NCBI GenBank assembly: GCA_019358915.1
Contig: JAHHIM010000066.1
Span: 1 to 12,766 of the forward strand
Direction of reading: 5' to 3'
DNA: 12,766 nt
From: Trichormus sp. ATA11-4-KO1
GTDB lineage: Bacteria > Cyanobacteriota > Cyanobacteriia > Cyanobacteriales > Nostocaceae
Part shown: piece after piece, positions 7,806 through 12,766 of the stretch
Position numbering within the stretch: position 1 is the stretch's first letter
How the letters are laid out: the number at the start of each line of letters is the position of its first letter
Translations under genes and position numbers: made by a program
Notes under the pieces: model-generated
The model's input: only the letters and a program-made list of their open reading frames with translations
What the model was told of the DNA's origin: nothing
The model's database searches: none

Positions 7806-8528
7806 CTAAAACAGTCGTGCTTGCGCCGCTATCCGTAGGTTGTTAAAACCCTGATCTACCGTTTGTTTTTGATGCGCCTGTTTTTGACCATCTAAAGAAC
7901 GGGAAATATTAGTCAGGTTTAGATTAGCCAAATTTTGAGACTGCTGTAACTTGAATCCATCAGTCCGCATTGCTCCCAAAATCGCTGCGGTTTGGGTATT
8001 TTGTTGGGCAATTCGCTTCATGACATTCTGGGTGACAACTTCATCTTGAGCCGCCGTAGCATCTATGTAAACTTGTGCAACTGAATTTTGGGTTGTCTCA
8101 ACTTGCTCTTGCGTGTGTTGTTGACCTAGTTTACTCAGCGTGGTGTCCGCTTCTACACGGGTAATTTGGCGGTCGATTTCATTTGTGGCTCGTTCAGCCA
8201 CATTAATGGCATTATCTGAAACAGCTGCACTATCCTCAACTTCTTCTCTTGCTTTGTTAGCGTCTGGTAAGCCCAATACACCCATTGCTGTAGTAATCGC
8301 AGTTTGCAAATCTCTACCTAAGAACTTCGTTAAAGGTTTGAGTTTTTGAGCAAGGCTGGAACTATCTTGAGTAAAAGGATTCGATTGCTGTTGCCATTGT
8401 TCAAAGAATTTTACCGGAGCATTATCTTTGAAAATTGGTAATGAAAATGCTTGAGCGGTTGTTAATCCGATTGTAGAGATGGCGATCGCTCCAATAACGG
8501 TAACTGTAGTTCGCTTAATTTTGTTCAT
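7806..8528 (-). CDS. VirB5/TrbJ-like exported, Gln-rich helical protein (Alr7207-like by synteny)
   Basis: Signal peptide ending AQA, then an all-helical Q/N/A-rich body. It lies between virB4 and virB6. The start is placed at ATG 8528 because AGGAG (8534-8538) sits 5 nt upstream; the ORF track starts at GTG 8534. Confidence 0.7.
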   Translation of the reverse strand: MNKIKRTTVTVIGAIAISTIGLTTAQAFSLPIFKDNAPVKFFEQWQQQSNPFTQDSSSLAQKLKPLTKFLGRDLQTAITTAMGVLGLPDANKAREEVEDSAAVSDNAINVAERATNEIDRQITRVEADTTLSKLGQQHTQEQVETTQNSVAQVYIDATAAQDEVVTQNVMKRIAQQNTQTAAILGAMRTDGFKLQQSQNLANLNLTNISRSLDGQKQAHQKQTVDQGFNNLRIAAQARLF

Positions 8529-8556
8529 TATCACTCCTACTTGTTTGGAGATTTAC

Positions 8557-8692
8557 GTGCTGAGTGCTGAGTGCTGAGTTTTGAGTTTTGAGTTTTGAGT
8601 TCTGAGTTCTGAGTGTTGCGTGTGGGTGGTCTTTTAATTCAGCACTGGCTTAACACCCGGCTACAGTTAACAGCACTCGGTACTCAAGACTT
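8557..8692. repeat. Heptamer STRR tract (GTGCTGA/GTTTTGA/GTTCTGA, 8-9 copies) with degenerate inverted copies
   Basis: 8557-8619 is GTGCTGA x3, GTTTTGA x3, GTTCTGA x2, GTGTTGC. Complementary units (TTCAGCACT, ACAGCACTCGGTACTCAAGACT) occur at about 8638-8691. Confidence 0.85.
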
Positions 8693-8693
8693 T

Positions 8694-11411
8694 TCATTTC
8701 ATTTCGACCAATTGCTTGGATAACTCTGTCAAAGCGACAAATTTATTGGGATACTGAGATAAAGCAGCTGTTCTTTGCTCTTGTTCGTCAGGATTATTTG
8801 CTACTGCTGCCAATAAATTAAAAGCGGGATAGTAACGGCAGAAAGTAAAAATTCCGTTATCATCCAACAGCCATTGAGAATAAACACCTTCCTTTTTGGG
8901 AAAAAAACTTTCTGTAGCATTGCGAGAAATAATTTCTGGCGGATATTTCAAAATGTTCGCAAAACTATCAACAGCAGTAGGTTGGATGCGTCCAATCAGC
9001 CGAGTGGTGAGATTTTGGAAAATCTTCGCCCCGGAAGGAGATTGAGCTATAGTATCAGGGTCTTGAGCAGATAAAATTACTCGGATTCCGGCTTTTGCTC
9101 CGTTGGCACACAGTCTACCCACCAGTGCAGCGATTGAATCGTATTCAAATAGGATAGGGCTTTCATCAATGAAAAAAACGCTGGCTGGGGATGCCAATGC
9201 TCGACGCAGAGCTGCACTATATGCACTTAAGCTTAAAATTGCTGCATCGTCGTCATTGGATAAGTTACGCAGCGCAAAGATTAATAGATGAGCATCACTG
9301 CGAAAGGTGGAAGGTTGGGCTAGAGCTTGTCCTACCCTACTAGAAAGCCAAAATCGCAACCTTAACTTTATGGTTTCCAGGGCTGTTTTGATATCGCCTG
9401 TCAAAGAATCTAACTGCAACCGTTCATGAGAACAAAAACTTAAGAAGTCTTGCAGGGTAGGCATCGCTAGCCATTCTTGTGAGCCAAAACCATGAATATA
9501 GGCGGCGGCATAGCGATCGCGTATTAATTCATCGCTGAAGAAAGCTTTTAATGCTAAAGCAATGATGGAACGTATAGCGTCGGTGAGTGTTTGCGAGACA
9601 TTGGTTACACCCCGGCGCGTACCTACAACCATTGCCAGTATTGCAGTCGCCAGAAAATCTTTGTAATCCTCAAATCGTTCTTGCTGCAACTTAGCTGGTA
9701 AAGAACGTAAATTAGGTAACTCAAATAAATTACTTGATTCCTTACCAATATCGAAGTAAGCTCCATCTTTGCCCATAAATTGAGTGTAATCGGTAAAGGT
9801 GCTGCGCCCATCAGGTTTAGGATAGTCCATTGCCACTACAGGCATTCCGTGCGCTAAAGCTTGGGTGATGATACCTGATGCTAGGACGCTTTTACCTGCA
9901 CGGGTAGTAGCAAATAACCCCAAGTTCTTGTGTTGGGTGTATAAATTGAGAAATACTGGCGTTCCTCCTTCCTCTGCAATGAGTTCCAAGCCCTGATCAT
10001 CTTTAGCTTGAGTTCGTACTAATGGCATGAACCCAGGTACTTCCCCACTCAGGTAAACTAGCCGTCGGTTAAAAGGAACAGTCATCAGGCGTTCCCAAGT
10101 GATGGGAATAGTCTGCAACCACATACGCCACGGATATTCAGTTTCGCGGACTACCCAGGCTGGACGCAAAAAACAAGACTGCAAATACCGGCAAGCTTCA
10201 TCTAATTTTTCACGGGATGACCGATGTACCAAAAACACAACCGCAGTGTGAATGGGAACAGCACCTTCATACAGTTCTTCTTGAGCGGCAATTGACTTTT
10301 TGATATTGACTAAAGACTTAACATCAACAGAATTTCTTTCATTTGCCAAAACCGCATTTGTATTCGCCTGTTTGGTTAGACGCTGCATATTGGTTTTGAC
10401 TAAAGTTTCGTTAGCCCACATCAATTGGCAGTAAATTTCGGTGTCATACACCCGTTCTCTGGATAAAATTTCCCAGAGATAGCGCATCTGATGTTCTTTA
10501 TCTGTCCAACCACCGGGTTTATCAACAAAGGTCAGCGAGCCAATGTATTTGTCCCGTAGGTGTACCCAACGCCGATCAGCAATGGGAATTGATGATTCAG
10601 ATTCCATCAACATAGAAGTAGGCGCAACTTCTGAGTAAATTTCTTCGCGTAGTCCCTCTTCATCTAGAACTAAAAGTTGGGGAATTGGTCGCGGTGGAGT
10701 TGAGTTGAAACGCTGCCAGAGAATTGCCCAAAGTTCGTTAGCATCGTAAGGGCGGATATTTAACCCCATTTTGTTGGCAAGCAATTGTTCCCAAAGTTGA
10801 AAGCCGTCAGTAAAAGATGCGTAAAGTAGGCGTTCAATGCGAAGAAACTGCAATTCGTTGATTTCGCCGGTGAAAGATTTCCATGAACGCTCTAATTTTG
10901 AGAGCAATTTTTCTATGACATCGCTAGTGCCAGTGGTATCTGACTCTACTGTATAGGTACAGTACAAGCGCAGGGTTTTGGGTTTACGGATACCTAGTTT
11001 CGTTAATTCTTGGGTACGACAACGCTCTCCCATCAGCAGATATTGTAGTTCTTTGTTGGGTGAGCGATCGCTCAAGTTCTTGAGTTGTTCCTGCCTTAAA
11101 CTATCGTCAGTAAACGAACTTAAATGTATGGTCAGCCGTTCACCCTCTGGCAAATCTTTCAACCCTGATTCAATGGCATCAAAAACTGGGTCAACTTGTT
11201 CAGTACGCAACGTCGAGTGAATTCCGGCGCATTCAAACCCGAAGTGAATCATAAAGTTGTTAGTACCTTTACGCAGTACGTAAGCACCAACCGAGCGTCC
11301 TTGAAGGTTAATCTGCAACATAGTGCAGAGTGCCAAAGCATCTTCTAGAGGTGTTAAACGAACTTTGCGTTCTCCATTATCAACAATGCGTTTACCAACT
11401 TTTGACTTCAC
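8694..11411 (-). CDS. virB4: VirB4-family conjugative T4SS ATPase
   Basis: 905 aa with Walker A (HKNLGLF-ATTRAGKS), Walker B (VFFIDES) and GAKAGIRVILSAQDP, equivalent to the RK.G......Q motif of VirB4/TraC. GTG start with a strong GGAGGTGA RBS at about 11419-11427. Confidence 0.93.
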   Translation of the reverse strand: MKSKVGKRIVDNGERKVRLTPLEDALALCTMLQINLQGRSVGAYVLRKGTNNFMIHFGFECAGIHSTLRTEQVDPVFDAIESGLKDLPEGERLTIHLSSFTDDSLRQEQLKNLSDRSPNKELQYLLMGERCRTQELTKLGIRKPKTLRLYCTYTVESDTTGTSDVIEKLLSKLERSWKSFTGEINELQFLRIERLLYASFTDGFQLWEQLLANKMGLNIRPYDANELWAILWQRFNSTPPRPIPQLLVLDEEGLREEIYSEVAPTSMLMESESSIPIADRRWVHLRDKYIGSLTFVDKPGGWTDKEHQMRYLWEILSRERVYDTEIYCQLMWANETLVKTNMQRLTKQANTNAVLANERNSVDVKSLVNIKKSIAAQEELYEGAVPIHTAVVFLVHRSSREKLDEACRYLQSCFLRPAWVVRETEYPWRMWLQTIPITWERLMTVPFNRRLVYLSGEVPGFMPLVRTQAKDDQGLELIAEEGGTPVFLNLYTQHKNLGLFATTRAGKSVLASGIITQALAHGMPVVAMDYPKPDGRSTFTDYTQFMGKDGAYFDIGKESSNLFELPNLRSLPAKLQQERFEDYKDFLATAILAMVVGTRRGVTNVSQTLTDAIRSIIALALKAFFSDELIRDRYAAAYIHGFGSQEWLAMPTLQDFLSFCSHERLQLDSLTGDIKTALETIKLRLRFWLSSRVGQALAQPSTFRSDAHLLIFALRNLSNDDDAAILSLSAYSAALRRALASPASVFFIDESPILFEYDSIAALVGRLCANGAKAGIRVILSAQDPDTIAQSPSGAKIFQNLTTRLIGRIQPTAVDSFANILKYPPEIISRNATESFFPKKEGVYSQWLLDDNGIFTFCRYYPAFNLLAAVANNPDEQEQRTAALSQYPNKFVALTELSKQLVEMK

Positions 11412-11600
11412 CGAAATATCACCTCCCTAGCCAGGAGCAGAAGCTCAAATTTCTATCCTGACTATTTTCTAAATTTCAAAACCTGAAATGGTATTCCAAT
11501 TTGCGGTAGTTTGAACCTACTTTATGAAGTAAAAAATCGTCCGAGACAGAATTTATAAAAGATAAACTCAGCTTCTCTTTTCTATTTATCAGAAGAGAAA

Positions 11601-11727
11601 AAGGTAAAACAAGCGTGGAATTGTCGGCGTACCCCTTTGGGGAAGCAAGCTACGCTGTCTTCGTCTCGTAGAGAAATAATCATTGTTTGTGTTATTGGGA
11701 AGGTAAAACAAGGGTGGAATTGTGGGC
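11601..11727. repeat. 28-bp direct repeat pair enclosing short dispersed repeat-like elements
   Basis: AAGGTAAAACAAGCGTGGAATTGTCGGC (11601-11628) vs AAGGTAAAACAAGGGTGGAATTGTGGGC (11700-11727), 26 of 28 identical, with a 71-bp spacer. Confidence 0.85.
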
Positions 11728-11785
11728 TAACTTCCGACTTCCGTTAGCGTAGCGGGATGTAGTCCATTTCGATTTCTGACTTCAT

Positions 11786-12130
11786 TTATGTTCTGCTTCT
11801 GTCTTTCTGCTTCCTGCCTTTTTTTCTAGCACTCGGCTGCAAAATCGGTTGATACAGCACACGTACTCGCGTCCAATTAGGAGTAGCTAAAAACTTTGAT
11901 AAAATTCTCCAAGCTCCGTTAGCAGTCAGCACCCACCAAGTTGACATTCCCCAAATTGCTAGAGCTAGAGTCCAAACCCAGTTAAGTCTTAAAAATCCAT
12001 GAAACAAGTAATAGGAAAGCCCAAAAATTACTACCCAAGGAATTAGTTGGTCTGCTGGGAATGGCCCAATGTTGGGTTGCTTACCAATAGTCGCGTTAAC
12101 AGTGCGTGCTTTGGATTTAGTATCATTCAT
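11786..12130 (-). CDS. VirB3-like small membrane protein (Alr7205-like by synteny)
   Basis: About 114 aa with two adjacent TM helices after GPFPADQLIPW and a basic C-terminus, directly upstream of virB4. ATG 12130 is preceded by GAGGT (12136-12140); the ORF track starts at TTG 12142. Confidence 0.75.
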   Translation of the reverse strand: MNDTKSKARTVNATIGKQPNIGPFPADQLIPWVVIFGLSYYLFHGFLRLNWVWTLALAIWGMSTWWVLTANGAWRILSKFLATPNWTRVRVLYQPILQPSARKKGRKQKDRSRT

Positions 12131-12138
12131 TTTCGACC

Positions 12139-12612
12139 TCAAGTAGTCGTACCACCACTGCCAATAATTAAATTCGCCAATATATCACCCACAGTCACCG
12201 CGATGAGAATAATCATTGGTGTTCGGGCTAAATTCTGCCAATCTTCGTCTTGGCGAGCTGATTGTATGACTCTTACTAAAGAAATTCCCAAGTAAATCAA
12301 AAACAAGCCCCGCAGTACGTTAAATACTAGAGGAATAGCTTCACCAGCACCCGAAAAGTTTGATGTCATCCAAGTTTGTGCATTTTGAAAGAACTGTGCT
12401 TTTGCGGGAGTTGATAAAGCATCTAACAATGAAAAAGTTCCGAGCGTTATCAATGCAGGCGTAGTGAATTTATAGCGTCGATTTAACTTAGTAACAAAAG
12501 TCAGCAGCCCATTTAATTCACGCCGCCAAATAATTACTGCTGTCCCTAATGTTGTCAAAGCGAATGTTAAACAACTTAAGGGACTGTGGTTGATGATGAT
12601 ATCCACAACCAT
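12139..12612 (-). CDS. VirB2/TrbC-like pilin precursor (Alr7204-like by synteny)
   Basis: Long hydrophobic leader ending PAKA|Q, then a mature region of about 85 aa with two hydrophobic helices split by a short charged loop (QSARQDEDWQ), which is the pilin topology. It is first in the virB2-virB3-virB4 order. The start is uncertain (ATG 12612 preferred; the frame is open to 12717). Confidence 0.7.
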   Translation of the reverse strand: MVVDIIINHSPLSCLTFALTTLGTAVIIWRRELNGLLTFVTKLNRRYKFTTPALITLGTFSLLDALSTPAKAQFFQNAQTWMTSNFSGAGEAIPLVFNVLRGLFLIYLGISLVRVIQSARQDEDWQNLARTPMIILIAVTVGDILANLIIGSGGTTT

Positions 12613-12766
12613 TACTACATTTGTAGTAATTACTAAGGGATTAGGACTTACGCATTGACAAAGTGGCAAAAGAGTGGATTGATAAAAAGTATCATCCAAT
12701 GAATAGGTATCGGACAATCAGAAAAATCAGCAAACCGTCCACAGCACAATGCAATCTGGAACATTA

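Larger units (their letters stand above)
2232..11071. repeat. HIP1 octamers (GCGATCGC), at least 9 copies
   Basis: Copies start at 2232, 3590, 4311, 7291, 7450, 7612, 8482, 9513 and 11064. Well under one copy is expected by chance in AT-rich DNA of this length. Confidence 0.95.

Noticed and set aside
9888..9912. Degenerate Walker A in VirB4 (ATTRAGKS) as a sign of inactivation
   Set aside because: Ala is allowed at the first position of [AG]xxxxGK[ST], and the GKS and Walker B residues are intact.
11572..11602. Intrinsic terminator (TTCTCTTTTCT...AGAAGAGAA)
   Set aside because: Weak, bulged AU-rich stem with no U-tract after it on the operon strand.
11601..11727. Mini CRISPR array
   Set aside because: Only two repeats, a 71-bp spacer, no internal palindrome or GAAAC-type end, and no cas genes in the window.
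444..12295. Short 60-93 aa ORFs in the track (e.g. 575-811, 1432-1644, 2056-2319, 5425-5706, 5828-6088, 10978-11220, 12047-12295)
   Set aside because: All lie antisense to or out of frame within long operon genes and show no recognisable motifs; they are shadow ORFs.
12613..12717. 35-aa N-terminal extension of the pilin ORF from TTG 12717
   Set aside because: No RBS, and it overlaps palindromes and a possible MITE end. ATG 12612 is more plausible, although unproven.

Overview
AT-rich DNA from a filamentous cyanobacterium, probably Nostocales (at least 9 HIP1 GCGATCGC octamers and heptamer STRR tracts). It carries a minus-strand conjugative type IV secretion (mating-pair formation) operon of the cyanobacterial MPF_C type, so it is probably plasmid or ICE DNA. 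The gene order is pilin-like (VirB2), VirB3-like, VirB4 ATPase, VirB5-like, VirB6-like, VirB8-like, VirB10/TrbI-like, VirB9-like, a 611-aa exported protein with a probable lysozyme-like C-terminal domain, a 186-aa membrane-anchored protein, and the first 35 codons of a further gene that is probably the VirD4-like coupling protein. The system appears to be decaying. virB10 is split by a frameshift that looks like a microhomology deletion, and the last gene is interrupted by an IS4-family (IS50/Tn5-like) element that the ORF track misses. Most large intergenic gaps hold small selfish DNA: a MITE nested in a MITE, a second MITE, STRR tracts, and a 28-bp direct repeat enclosing short dispersed repeats. 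Apart from VirB4 and the transposase, product assignments rest on synteny, topology and motif recognition, not database searches.
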